The position numbers and the translations under genes were made by a program. Below, piece after piece: positions 7,792 through 16,769 of a stretch of DNA of 36,311 bases (position 1 is the first letter of the stretch; each line of letters starts with the position of its first letter). The notes under the pieces were generated by a model. The model saw only the letters and a list, made by a program, of their open reading frames with translations, had not been told where the DNA came from and made no database searches. The stretch is from positions 1 through 36,311 of IMG/VR virus record IMGVR_UViG_3300008255_000076; one strand, 5' to 3'. The DNA is from a virus. Taxonomy: Duplodnaviria > Caudoviricetes.

Positions 7792-8277
7792 ATGGAAATT
7801 ATACCACTAGAATACATTGCAGGTCTATTTGACGGTGAGGGTTGGGTGTCAATAACTCGGCACAAGCCTTATGTAAAATATGGTCAAAAAAGCATTGTAT
7901 ATACTGCCCGTGTTGGTATAGAAAGTACCGACACAGAACTTCTTGAGCAGTTGCAAGCGCAAGTTGGTGGCTCTCTGCATAAAAGAAAAAATAAACGTGC
8001 AGAAAACAGAAAGATAACTCACGTTTGGTACGTTGACGGTTCAAAGGCAGTACCGTTAATGAGTAATATATACCCATTTCTAAGGACAAAAAAGAAACAA
8101 GTTGAAGTGCTTTTTAAGTACGTCGGACACGCAACAGCATACCGAGAAAAAAATAAACGCAGGTCAACGCCAATGGACAAGGAAACACTTGCTTTCAGAG
8201 AGGAGTGTGTACAGGAAATAAGAAAATTAAACGGATTTCAAGCCTCTAGGCTTTCATTAACGAGTGAAGTTTCTTGA
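7792..8277 (+). CDS. free-standing LAGLIDADG homing endonuclease
   Basis: YIAGLFDGEG motif and PFLRTKKKQ; AT-rich; antisense to the surrounding operon. Confidence 0.9.
   Translation: MEIIPLEYIAGLFDGEGWVSITRHKPYVKYGQKSIVYTARVGIESTDTELLEQLQAQVGGSLHKRKNKRAENRKITHVWYVDGSKAVPLMSNIYPFLRTKKKQVEVLFKYVGHATAYREKNKRRSTPMDKETLAFREECVQEIRKLNGFQASRLSLTSEVS
7798..7807 (-). promoter_or_regulatory. extended -10 promoter for a leaderless amidase mRNA
   Basis: GTGGTATAAT on minus, 6 nt before the amidase ATG at 7791. Confidence 0.6.
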
Positions 8278-9334
8278 TACTCATTGAGGCAAACTTGCCT
8301 GTCGGCAATGTCAGTCCCCAAGGTGCAAGGATTTCTGACGCGTATGCCAACTGAAACGCGTTGACCGCTTCCTCTGTCCAAGCACCAAAGTATTTGGTCG
8401 TGTAATCCAGTTTGAAAAACCCAAGGTACTTGAGAGCGAGTTGCAGTTGCTGTACGTCGTCGCCACTCATTCCCTTTGAGAGGGTGCGTGTGAACACATA
8501 CGACGGCTTCGCAGGTTTTGGCTTTGCGACTTTTACAGAAAGGACACCTTTGACTGCCCACGGAATAGGATAATCCCACGCCAACTTTTTATTGAGTGGG
8601 TCATAAGTGTCGTATGTCAGTGTCGCCGCCTTTGCCTCCGAACCGTGAGAACACGTTGCGTGCTGTACCTGCTCAATGCCGCACGCTTGCACAATGCTCT
8701 CTCTACCCCAACCCGAGCAAACAGGAGTGGCAATGTGAATTGGTGCGTGCTTAAGGTGTTCGGCAATGACAGCAGGGTTTGACTGTCCGTACAGAATGAA
8801 CTCGTACGCAACCTCAAAGAGTTCGCGGAACTTGAGCGCCTTTTCTTTTTGCGCTGTCGTAACCTTAGTGCGGTCAAGCCATTCGCCAATAGTATTAAAA
8901 TCGTCAGGCTTGTATCCGTCCTTTTGAGGCAAGACGCCGTGATTGCGTATGCTGTCCCACACAGAACCGAAGTCATTGCCTTTCTCGGTGGTACCCGACA
9001 TATTTGCAGTGAACCAGTCAGAAAGGTTGAGGTTGCCTTTGCTGTCTATGTAGCCTAACTCGTCCAACTTCGCGTGCAGTTCGTCGCTGACGTACCCGTT
9101 TTTGCGCAACCAGTTGTACTGCATTTCAAGGGACGAAAGCCCCGAGAATGTCGTGCAGGACATTGTGTCGTACTTGCTCGTGTGTTGTTTCTCGCCCGTG
9201 GGTGAGTAATTGAACCAGTCGCCATTTTTCAGGCGCACCTCAAGAGCAACACCGCTTTCGGCGCCCAACTTAAAGGCTTTAGGTGAGAGGGGAACAATCA
9301 GTATGCCTGTGTTTTTTTCTGCGATTTCAGGCAT
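8246..9334 (-). CDS. papain-like (C1-type) cysteine peptidase with a C-terminal peptidoglycan-binding domain; putative endolysin
   Basis: Q...SCTTFS, QHAT, YDTY catalytic pattern; C-terminal FTRTLSKGMSGDDVQQLQ...YFGAWTEEAVNAFQ (PG_binding_1-like). Confidence 0.8.
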   Translation of the reverse strand: MPEIAEKNTGILIVPLSPKAFKLGAESGVALEVRLKNGDWFNYSPTGEKQHTSKYDTMSCTTFSGLSSLEMQYNWLRKNGYVSDELHAKLDELGYIDSKGNLNLSDWFTANMSGTTEKGNDFGSVWDSIRNHGVLPQKDGYKPDDFNTIGEWLDRTKVTTAQKEKALKFRELFEVAYEFILYGQSNPAVIAEHLKHAPIHIATPVCSGWGRESIVQACGIEQVQHATCSHGSEAKAATLTYDTYDPLNKKLAWDYPIPWAVKGVLSVKVAKPKPAKPSYVFTRTLSKGMSGDDVQQLQLALKYLGFFKLDYTTKYFGAWTEEAVNAFQLAYASEILAPWGLTLPTGKFASMSIKKLHSLMKA

Positions 9335-9339
9335 AGGGG

Positions 9340-9603
9340 TTACGCGTCCTCTCTGTCAGAACTTGAGGAAAGGTCTTTAACATTCTTGATAATAAATGCG
9401 TAGAACGCGCCTGCCGAAGCAACGACGCCAATAAACGCTTCCCAATAGCCAAAGGCAAGCAATGCCTGATATGCCAAACCTCCCAAGAGAGAGAGTACGA
9501 CGACAGTTGCCATTATACCGAACGCGGAAAGTTTGAGTTTGTTTTTTACGAACTCAATGAGGAGTGATACCGCGATACCTCCGAACACAAGTGCTATTTC
9601 CAT
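9340..9603 (-). CDS. putative holin (3 hydrophobic segments)
   Basis: 87 aa from ATG 9603; three TM-like segments, charged C-tail, located in the lysis block. Confidence 0.75.
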   Translation of the reverse strand: MEIALVFGGIAVSLLIEFVKNKLKLSAFGIMATVVVLSLLGGLAYQALLAFGYWEAFIGVVASAGAFYAFIIKNVKDLSSSSDREDA

Positions 9604-9625
9604 ATGATTAAAATTATTTGCTAAC

Positions 9626-10165
9626 TTAATAATAAGACTTTTCCTTTGCCCTCCAAGCGTCAATGTCGCTCCAACACGGCTTGCTAGGGTTCCAGTCCCT
9701 TGTACCGTTACTATTGTACAATACTAAGGCGTATAGTGCATTACCCTCCTCTGTGTATATGTCAAAACCGAGACTTTTTGCAGTCTCTGCGTGGTAGTAA
9801 TCGTTTATTTGGTACCGCCCAATATCCTTGCTCCATAGGTACTTTTCTGTGGTTGTGGAGCCGTCTGCGAGGCTGATTTCTCGGTACCGATAGTTGTACC
9901 CAACCTTGCTTTGGTCGTCCCTGCTCTCACACCAAGAAATATCCAAAAGCACTTGGGGCATTTCGGTAGTTACCTTTACAGGAACACTTGGGGATTTACT
10001 TGCCTTTACAGGCGTACTCGTGCTTTCAGTTGCAGTCGTAGTTTCAAGTGGTGTCTCGGTTCCTATTCCCTTACTTGCTACTTGTGGGGTGAAAAGGAAA
10101 GAGACTATGATTGCAATTGTGAGCAATAGTACCGCGAAGTACCACAGCCCTTTTTCTGATTTCAT
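9626..10165 (-). CDS. membrane-anchored lysozyme-like / lytic transglycosylase
   Basis: N-terminal TM, Thr/Ser/Pro linker, then ISWCES...DIGRYQIN...GNALYA...W. Confidence 0.75.
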   Translation of the reverse strand: MKSEKGLWYFAVLLLTIAIIVSFLFTPQVASKGIGTETPLETTTATESTSTPVKASKSPSVPVKVTTEMPQVLLDISWCESRDDQSKVGYNYRYREISLADGSTTTEKYLWSKDIGRYQINDYYHAETAKSLGFDIYTEEGNALYALVLYNSNGTRDWNPSKPCWSDIDAWRAKEKSYY

Positions 10166-10174
10166 TGCTTCTTA

Positions 10175-10227
10175 ATTTTACCATTTTGAGGGGCTTTCAC
10201 ACCCCCAATTGTGGACAGTGTGGACAA
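10175..10227 (-). promoter_or_regulatory. lysis-block promoter with tandem DnaA-box-like motifs
   Basis: Extended -10 TGGTAAAAT (10183-10175); TGTGGACAG 10210-10218 and TGTGGACAA 10219-10227. Confidence 0.5.
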
Positions 10228-10236
10228 AATAGGTTG

Positions 10237-12513
10237 CTATTCTCGCGGTTTTCTGTATCCCCCTACAATCAAAGTGCGGTCTAGGATTTCATTACGAGCG
10301 TCGCTTATCAGTTTCGCTTTCTTTTCGTCGTCAGCCCTCTTGTAGGTAAATGAGGTGGTCAGCGTACCCATTCGCTTGTTGAAGTCGTCCTTGAACTTCT
10401 GTACGGTCTTTTCGTACTTCTCGGGGGTACCCTTTTCCTCCATTTGAGTTTTGAAGTTCTTAACACGGGTTGAGGTCTTTTCAACGTCAGTGATTGACGG
10501 CAGGTTGCCTGTGCTTTGGAGGCGTACCAACTCGTCCACAATCGCATTGTCTGCGGCAGTTTTCACACGAGCGCCAAAGAGGAATGTTGAAATGGCGCCC
10601 TCGTTCTCAACCTTTGCACCGAGTACGTCCGTCTTGATAGGCAAACTCTCGCGCACGAACGGCACCTTTGCCTGTAAGCGCTCAAGAGGGTCTTTGCTGT
10701 CGTATTTTCGCTCATAGTCGTCAGTCGCCTTTCCAATATCGTACACGATTGCAGGAACCACACGGGACGAGAGGAAGTCCACTGCCGTTACGCCGATAGA
10801 GCCGAGTGTGTCTGCTGTTTGCTCCTCAACGGTCTTGGTCTTGTCGGTTGCTTTGTTCAGCCCCTCCTCAAAGTCAACGAGTAGGTCTTTGACGGCTCGG
10901 TAGGCAGGGAACTTGAGCGCCTGCGTTCCGACACCCTGTGCGTATTTATACGCTGTATTTACAAGCCCGTTTCCGTACTTGCGTGCGTACATAATACCGA
11001 CGAGTGGGGAAGCAATGGCACCGAAGTAATCAAGCGACACCCACTTATCGCCAATACGGATTGAGTTTGGCGTTGCGCGTTGCAGTCTTAAAAGTTCCTG
11101 CTCCTTGGCGTTCACAGGGTACTCGCCTATGAAGTCGTCAGGGTCAAACATTGCGCTGACCATTATTGCGAGTGAAAGTCCCAAGCCCGAGCGCACGAAG
11201 TCGCGTACCACCTGCTTAAGCGGTTCACGGTTGCCGAGTTTAGCGCTCTCAAGCGCTCCCTTAAGGTTCCACATAGCGCGGATTGCCGAGACACCCGAAG
11301 CGTCAATACCTGCTCCAATAACGTTTGCAGGGGTCTTAACGAACGGCATTAACTGGTCGCCCAAGCGCACGTCGCCTGTTGCGGTGTTCACGATTTTACG
11401 GATAGCGAGAGCAAGCGTGGAGTAGTAACTGTCGTTCTGATAGGTGGCATATGAGGCGTCTGCGGTTGCCTGTGAGCGCACATAGATACCCTCCTCGGTC
11501 TCGGGGTTGATACTGGTTGCGTCCTTAAAGATTTCCAAGGCACGCTTCTTTGCCGCTTCGCCCTTAAGTCCCTCCTCCTGCGCAATCTTGGTTGACGCGA
11601 GGTTCGCACTGTCTGCGAAGTGAGCCGCAGAGAACGCAACGTCAGGCGACGCCATTAACTTTTTGAAAACAAAGTCCTCATAGAAACGTCCGACGGCACG
11701 AGCCTTGCCCTTTCCCTCTGACTGCACGTTTTCCTCGCCAAGGGTGCGCTGTGTGTCGTCAATATGGAGCATACGGGTAACGTCGTACCCACTCTCCTTG
11801 AACACCTTGTTTGCGTACTTAAAGTATTTCTTTGCGAAGTCCCCGTTGGTTCCCTTGAACTGACGAGAGGAAAGGCGACGCTCAAGCGCCTGTTGGATAC
11901 CCTGTGTGGTGTTGCCAAGAATGTTGGTAATTGGTGATTTTATAGAAAAGAGCATATTGCCTCTCGCTACGGTAGAGGAAAGTATGCGAAGCACAGGGGA
12001 CGGCGCGAGTGAGTTGAGGTAATCAAACATTTCTCGGCGCTCCTTAAAATACTCAACGCTCGGCAAGCCAAAGTCGTTGTCGGCAGGCTTTGCCGCCAAC
12101 TCCTCAAGTTTCGCGGCACGTTCTGAAATGGCTTTTGCTTCCTCTGCGGTAATGGTTACGCCCAACTGCTCTGCCACAAGGTCAGCATAAAAACTCTCGC
12201 CCTCGGTAGGATTTAGTACCCCGAGTTCGTCCAACTGGTTGATTTTACGCATTACGTTCTTGTACTTTGGCGTTTCCTTTGCCTTGGTACCGAACACTTG
12301 CTCTGCCCACGCCTTAAGCGCTGTTTTCTGTTGGCTCACGAGTGCCTTTTCAAAGAGGGCATTAACGCTTTTCGCCGTCCCTTTATCAAGGTACGTCGTA
12401 AAGAGTTCCTGCCTCTGCGCAGAGGACATTTCAGTAAGTTGCTGAATGGTAAAGTCGCCTGCCTTTGCGCCTGCGAGTAGTTTCTTACTTAGTTCTTTTG
12501 GTATACAAAGCAT
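10237..12513 (-). CDS. large putative internal virion / ejection protein
   Basis: 758 aa, helical; PFVKTPAN motif and hydrophobic stretch; located after the tail genes of a podovirus-like layout. Confidence 0.65.
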   Translation of the reverse strand: MLCIPKELSKKLLAGAKAGDFTIQQLTEMSSAQRQELFTTYLDKGTAKSVNALFEKALVSQQKTALKAWAEQVFGTKAKETPKYKNVMRKINQLDELGVLNPTEGESFYADLVAEQLGVTITAEEAKAISERAAKLEELAAKPADNDFGLPSVEYFKERREMFDYLNSLAPSPVLRILSSTVARGNMLFSIKSPITNILGNTTQGIQQALERRLSSRQFKGTNGDFAKKYFKYANKVFKESGYDVTRMLHIDDTQRTLGEENVQSEGKGKARAVGRFYEDFVFKKLMASPDVAFSAAHFADSANLASTKIAQEEGLKGEAAKKRALEIFKDATSINPETEEGIYVRSQATADASYATYQNDSYYSTLALAIRKIVNTATGDVRLGDQLMPFVKTPANVIGAGIDASGVSAIRAMWNLKGALESAKLGNREPLKQVVRDFVRSGLGLSLAIMVSAMFDPDDFIGEYPVNAKEQELLRLQRATPNSIRIGDKWVSLDYFGAIASPLVGIMYARKYGNGLVNTAYKYAQGVGTQALKFPAYRAVKDLLVDFEEGLNKATDKTKTVEEQTADTLGSIGVTAVDFLSSRVVPAIVYDIGKATDDYERKYDSKDPLERLQAKVPFVRESLPIKTDVLGAKVENEGAISTFLFGARVKTAADNAIVDELVRLQSTGNLPSITDVEKTSTRVKNFKTQMEEKGTPEKYEKTVQKFKDDFNKRMGTLTTSFTYKRADDEKKAKLISDARNEILDRTLIVGGYRKPRE

Positions 12514-12524
12514 AATGGTTAATG

Positions 12525-15179
12525 TTAGCAGGTAAGTTGGTCAATGACCGATTGCGCAAGGTCGGCGGCACTCAACTTCTTTTTGACGGTTGCCTTTGCG
12601 CCCTCCGCACCCTCTTTGAGTTTTGCCTGCACGCCCGTTGCCTGACGCTCTCCACGCTGTTTTGCGAGGAACTTAAATGTGGTCTTGCCTGCACGTTCAA
12701 TACGCGCCGCAAGCACCTGTTGAATAAAGAAATGGGGGCTGTTCTCATTAAAGCGTCCACGCTCCGATACGATTTCCTGACCGCGACGGGTCTGCCTCAA
12801 TGAGCGTGAGCGCTCCAACTGTGCCGCAAGCGCATAATCCTTGTTTTCGGTTGCCTGTTCCGCAAGGGCAATGCTGATTGCGGTTTCAGTAACGCCCTCG
12901 GGCGCACCCTGCATACCGAGTGCAATACGCTTCGCCTCTTTCGGGTTTTTCTCAATGAACTCAAGAGCCTTGGCAGTATCGTCAGCAAGGTTCAATTTGT
13001 TGTAGTTCACGTCAAAGTCAGCGTACTCACCAAGTCGCGCCTCTACGCGAGAGAACGCCTTTGATTTCTTGACTTCACCCTTTGTTTTAACGGGTTTTTT
13101 CTCAACCTGATTTTGAGTGGTGTTGCGGATAACAGGGGCGTTGCTCTGTCGCAATTCCCACTTTTTCGTTTCCTTATTGAAAGTTCCGTTGACTGCACGC
13201 TCTACCATAAGCGCACGGTCAGTGGTGCCGTACTTCTTTTTCGCCTGCTCAAGGCTCATACGCACGATACGCTCACCGTCCTTGGTTGCCTCAAAGTAGA
13301 GTTTGCCTGTTTTCTTGGACTTGGTGAACCGAGCCTCTGCCTTACCCTGTGCGTCCCCTTTCTTTGAGTATTGGGTAGCGCGGTACACACCCGTTCCCGT
13401 CTTTTCAACGTTCGGACTTACTTGTTCATTAGACTTTACAAGTGGCTTTTTACCCTCCTTTTGTGGTTTAATCGTTGAGGTTTCTGCCTCTTTTTCTTTC
13501 TTGATTTTTACCTCTCCAACCTTAGTTGGCTTCTTTATCTCGCTTTGGATTTCCTGCAACTTGGCAAGTTCCTCGCCAACAGCATTTGGTAGGCGAGACT
13601 TAACCCACGCAAGGATTTCCTTTTTACCTGCCTCAATAGCCTGCTTCTGCGTCGTATAGGTCTCTGAACTTATGAAAGGCGCCTGCACGCTGTTTGCGCC
13701 AGTGTCGGCAGAGAATGAGTACACAAACTTACCGTCGGGGTATTGGACGGTTTCAATCGTGGCAAGGGGGTTCTCTTGCACGTCGTCAGCGATATACACG
13801 GGGCGCTGTTTGACCGCCTGTTGGTAGTCGCCCAACTGCTCCTGCAACACGCTTAAACGCCTCGTGGCGGTGTCGTTCTGTGGGTCTGTGCGTACTTCTG
13901 CCTCAAGGTCTCTTGCCTCGTCCCTGACGGCTGAAAAGTCGGTATTGAGGGTTCCTGTAACGGTACCCTTTGGCGGTTCGCCCTCTGACTGTAATGACGG
14001 GTCAACTTCAACGTTGGTACCCTGACCAATGACCTTACCTGCTCCTGCGGCAACGCCTGTTATGCCTGCACCTGAAAGTCCACCAATAAGGAACTCGTCA
14101 ACCATACCGCCTGACTTAACGTACTCCGTAACCTTGGCAACAACTGCCTCGCGCTCCGCTTCTGTGCGTGCGTTTTTGTAGTCGTTGGCATACTTGAGAA
14201 ATGTTTGCGACGGCTCGGTAGTACCCTCAACGAGAAAACCTTTACCCATTTGGGTTGCAAACGCCTTAAGCCCTGCCTCGCCACCCTCCTTAATCACGGT
14301 CTTGAGTGCGCTTTCTGCAAAGCCTGAAATGATTGTGTCCCCTACGGTGTCAATCGCAATGTTGCCCAAACTCTCAACGCGTCCCTTGTCCTGTCGTTGG
14401 CTTTCTGCGGAAATAGGTGCGAAATAAGCAAGAGACACCGCACGTCCTGCGTTCGGGCTTCTCGTCGCATATGAGGTACCCACAGCAAGCAATGCGCCAA
14501 TGGCTGACTGTACGCCGCTATCCTGTAAGCCGTACATAATCTTTTCAAAGCGTGAGTTCTCGGGGTCTTTGCTCTTTGCCACGAGCGCTGAATATGCCTC
14601 GTCATAGGTGTCGTCGCCAATAGACTTGACCCGAGCAATTACCTTGAGAGGAATGTTTGAGGTGTTTTCGTACACCGCCCCCGTGATTTTCTTACCCGTT
14701 TCAGAGTTCAAAAACTTAATGAGTGGCACGTCTTGGTTTGCTTCCTCAAGTATCTTTGCCTTTTCCTCGGGTGTTTGAGCCGCCTTGAAAGCGTCCAAGC
14801 GAGGCGTTGAGAGCGTCATTTTGCCAGTGGTCGGGTCTTTGGTATAGGTCTTGTCCTTTCCGTATAAAAGTTCGCGCATAGGCAATGCCGCCTCCTCGTT
14901 CTTTCGGTTCTGCTCTGAAAACCAATTACCGACAGAGGTTGCAACCTTTCCTGCAAGAGAAACAGCCTTGTCAAAGAACCCTGATTTTTCCTCGGGTTTT
15001 GCGACAGTCTCAACCTGCACCTGCTTAGGTGTAGGTTGTGATTTTTTGTCAGCAATGGCTTGGACGTAGGGATTTGCCGAGACAGTGCGAGACTCACTAC
15101 TGTTACTTCTCGGGGTTACGTCTATCTCCTCCTCGTCCGTACCCTTACTTTTTTTTATTGCTTCTGCATAAGGGTTCAT
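12525..15179 (-). CDS. large putative internal virion / ejection protein
   Basis: 884 aa; Gly/Ala-rich hydrophobic segments followed by Lys-rich regions; gene position. Confidence 0.65.
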   Translation of the reverse strand: MNPYAEAIKKSKGTDEEEIDVTPRSNSSESRTVSANPYVQAIADKKSQPTPKQVQVETVAKPEEKSGFFDKAVSLAGKVATSVGNWFSEQNRKNEEAALPMRELLYGKDKTYTKDPTTGKMTLSTPRLDAFKAAQTPEEKAKILEEANQDVPLIKFLNSETGKKITGAVYENTSNIPLKVIARVKSIGDDTYDEAYSALVAKSKDPENSRFEKIMYGLQDSGVQSAIGALLAVGTSYATRSPNAGRAVSLAYFAPISAESQRQDKGRVESLGNIAIDTVGDTIISGFAESALKTVIKEGGEAGLKAFATQMGKGFLVEGTTEPSQTFLKYANDYKNARTEAEREAVVAKVTEYVKSGGMVDEFLIGGLSGAGITGVAAGAGKVIGQGTNVEVDPSLQSEGEPPKGTVTGTLNTDFSAVRDEARDLEAEVRTDPQNDTATRRLSVLQEQLGDYQQAVKQRPVYIADDVQENPLATIETVQYPDGKFVYSFSADTGANSVQAPFISSETYTTQKQAIEAGKKEILAWVKSRLPNAVGEELAKLQEIQSEIKKPTKVGEVKIKKEKEAETSTIKPQKEGKKPLVKSNEQVSPNVEKTGTGVYRATQYSKKGDAQGKAEARFTKSKKTGKLYFEATKDGERIVRMSLEQAKKKYGTTDRALMVERAVNGTFNKETKKWELRQSNAPVIRNTTQNQVEKKPVKTKGEVKKSKAFSRVEARLGEYADFDVNYNKLNLADDTAKALEFIEKNPKEAKRIALGMQGAPEGVTETAISIALAEQATENKDYALAAQLERSRSLRQTRRGQEIVSERGRFNENSPHFFIQQVLAARIERAGKTTFKFLAKQRGERQATGVQAKLKEGAEGAKATVKKKLSAADLAQSVIDQLTC

Positions 15180-15183
15180 ATTT

Positions 15184-16491
15184 TTAATCTATTGCCGAAG
15201 TGCTTACACCAACTACGTCGTAACTATCGGGGTTCACATAAATACGAGCAAATCGCTCGTCAAAGTCTTTTGCAGAATATCCATTGTTAACCCATCTCTG
15301 ACGCGCAACTTTGTAATCCTCTGGTGCAACGTGTCCGTCGGCACCTGTAACAGCACCAAGAGCCTCGCCTGCCATTTTTGCCTCATTTCTTATTGTCTCC
15401 GCTTCACTTGGCTTACCTCCACTGCCTACGTCAACAGAACCAACACGCATTGTCTGCGTAGAGAGTGAGCCGTCCTGATTTCGCATAATAACGTCAACGT
15501 ATTTTGACCCTCCGCTTTCACGGGACGTTGAGGTAACAATGTCTGCTTTCGGGTTCTTGCTCTGCAAAGAGGCATAGAAACCAACGGGCAAACCTGCCTG
15601 CATTTCCATTTTGGTAATGGATAGTTTTTGCTCCTCGCCTATGTCGTCAATGTTCAAGCCACCCTCCTTGATAGAGTTGTAAACGATTTGGGCATTTGCG
15701 CGTGCGTTATCCTCCTCACGCTCAAGGTCTGATTTTTCGCTGTCAGCAATGCCCTTAACAGTGTTGAACAGTTGGAGGTTCTGACTGAATGAAGTGTTGT
15801 ACTGGTCGCTTGCGGTCTGGTAGTCCAACTTCTTGAGGTTCATTATGTTGTTCACCACGTCGTACTTGGTCTTGAGTTGGTTGGTGATGTAATCCTTTTC
15901 ACGAAGCACGGCGTCAAGGCGCTCGTTTGCCGCCTTTTCCTGCTCACCAACGCGACCCTCAATAACGTTCATTGCGACGGGCTTACCCTCCTCTGCGTTC
16001 TTGTTCACGCGGAACTGCGCACGCACCTCATTTTCCTGATTTGTCAGGTCGTTGAGTGAACTTTCAAGGTCTGAAATACCATACTGCCCGAGCAGGCTTC
16101 CGTAGGTACTTTCAAAACTTGGAGCATTTGGCTTGGTTCCAAGTCCTGTGGTGATTGTCTTTTGTAGGTTGGCGAAAATATCTGCATATGACTGTGAGGA
16201 CGAGCGAACAGGAACGTCCGTCGTCTTAGAGGCTTTTGCCTTATCCTCCTCTTGGTTCGCGTTGATGTACGAGGTCGCGGAACCGAGGTCGGTTACTGCG
16301 GTTGCGGTCTTTGGCGCCGAACCCTTTTTAAGTGCGTTCAAAAGCGCGGTGTTTTGGTCTCCTGAACCTGCATAATCTGCAATACCGTACTGCTTGGCGA
16401 GGGCGGCACGGGAACTATAACTACTGTCCTTTCCTGTGGACTTGAGGTAGTCAACGACTGATGTGTCTACGTTAAGTGTTGGTGTTGCCAT
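15184..16491 (-). CDS. putative virion protein with an N-terminal DUF3597-like cell-wall-binding domain and coiled coil
   Basis: SVVDYLKSTGKDSSYSSRAALAKQYGIADYAGSGDQNTALLNAL. Confidence 0.7.
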   Translation of the reverse strand: MATPTLNVDTSVVDYLKSTGKDSSYSSRAALAKQYGIADYAGSGDQNTALLNALKKGSAPKTATAVTDLGSATSYINANQEEDKAKASKTTDVPVRSSSQSYADIFANLQKTITTGLGTKPNAPSFESTYGSLLGQYGISDLESSLNDLTNQENEVRAQFRVNKNAEEGKPVAMNVIEGRVGEQEKAANERLDAVLREKDYITNQLKTKYDVVNNIMNLKKLDYQTASDQYNTSFSQNLQLFNTVKGIADSEKSDLEREEDNARANAQIVYNSIKEGGLNIDDIGEEQKLSITKMEMQAGLPVGFYASLQSKNPKADIVTSTSRESGGSKYVDVIMRNQDGSLSTQTMRVGSVDVGSGGKPSEAETIRNEAKMAGEALGAVTGADGHVAPEDYKVARQRWVNNGYSAKDFDERFARIYVNPDSYDVVGVSTSAID

Positions 16492-16493
16492 AA

Positions 16494-16715
16494 TTATTTT
16501 TGATTAAAAAAGCGCATATCCAAAATGCCTCCTTGCCAACGCAGAATTGCTAAAGCAACCAGTGAAAGAAAAGGTACGCGTTTACGCTTTGGGAAGTTCA
16601 CACAAAGCGTTCGTTTCAACCCGTGCGCATTAAGAGAAATACTGTCGTTAGCAAGGTACTGACGTATCCTGTCGTCAAAAGTAGGTTCTTTCTTAATTTT
16701 TCTTGGCTTTTTCAT
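16494..16715 (-). CDS. small basic hypothetical protein
   Basis: 73 aa ORF ending 2 nt before the next start. Confidence 0.6.
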   Translation of the reverse strand: MKKPRKIKKEPTFDDRIRQYLANDSISLNAHGLKRTLCVNFPKRKRVPFLSLVALAILRWQGGILDMRFFNQK

Positions 16716-16769
16716 ATTGTCTTAATAATATCATTGTTACTTGTAATACCACAATACGGCATAAGTGGA

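Noticed and set aside
7792-8277. Group I intron hosting the LAGLIDADG (likewise for the HNH)
   Set aside because: Flanking genes are intact and there is no spare non-coding sequence for an intron core
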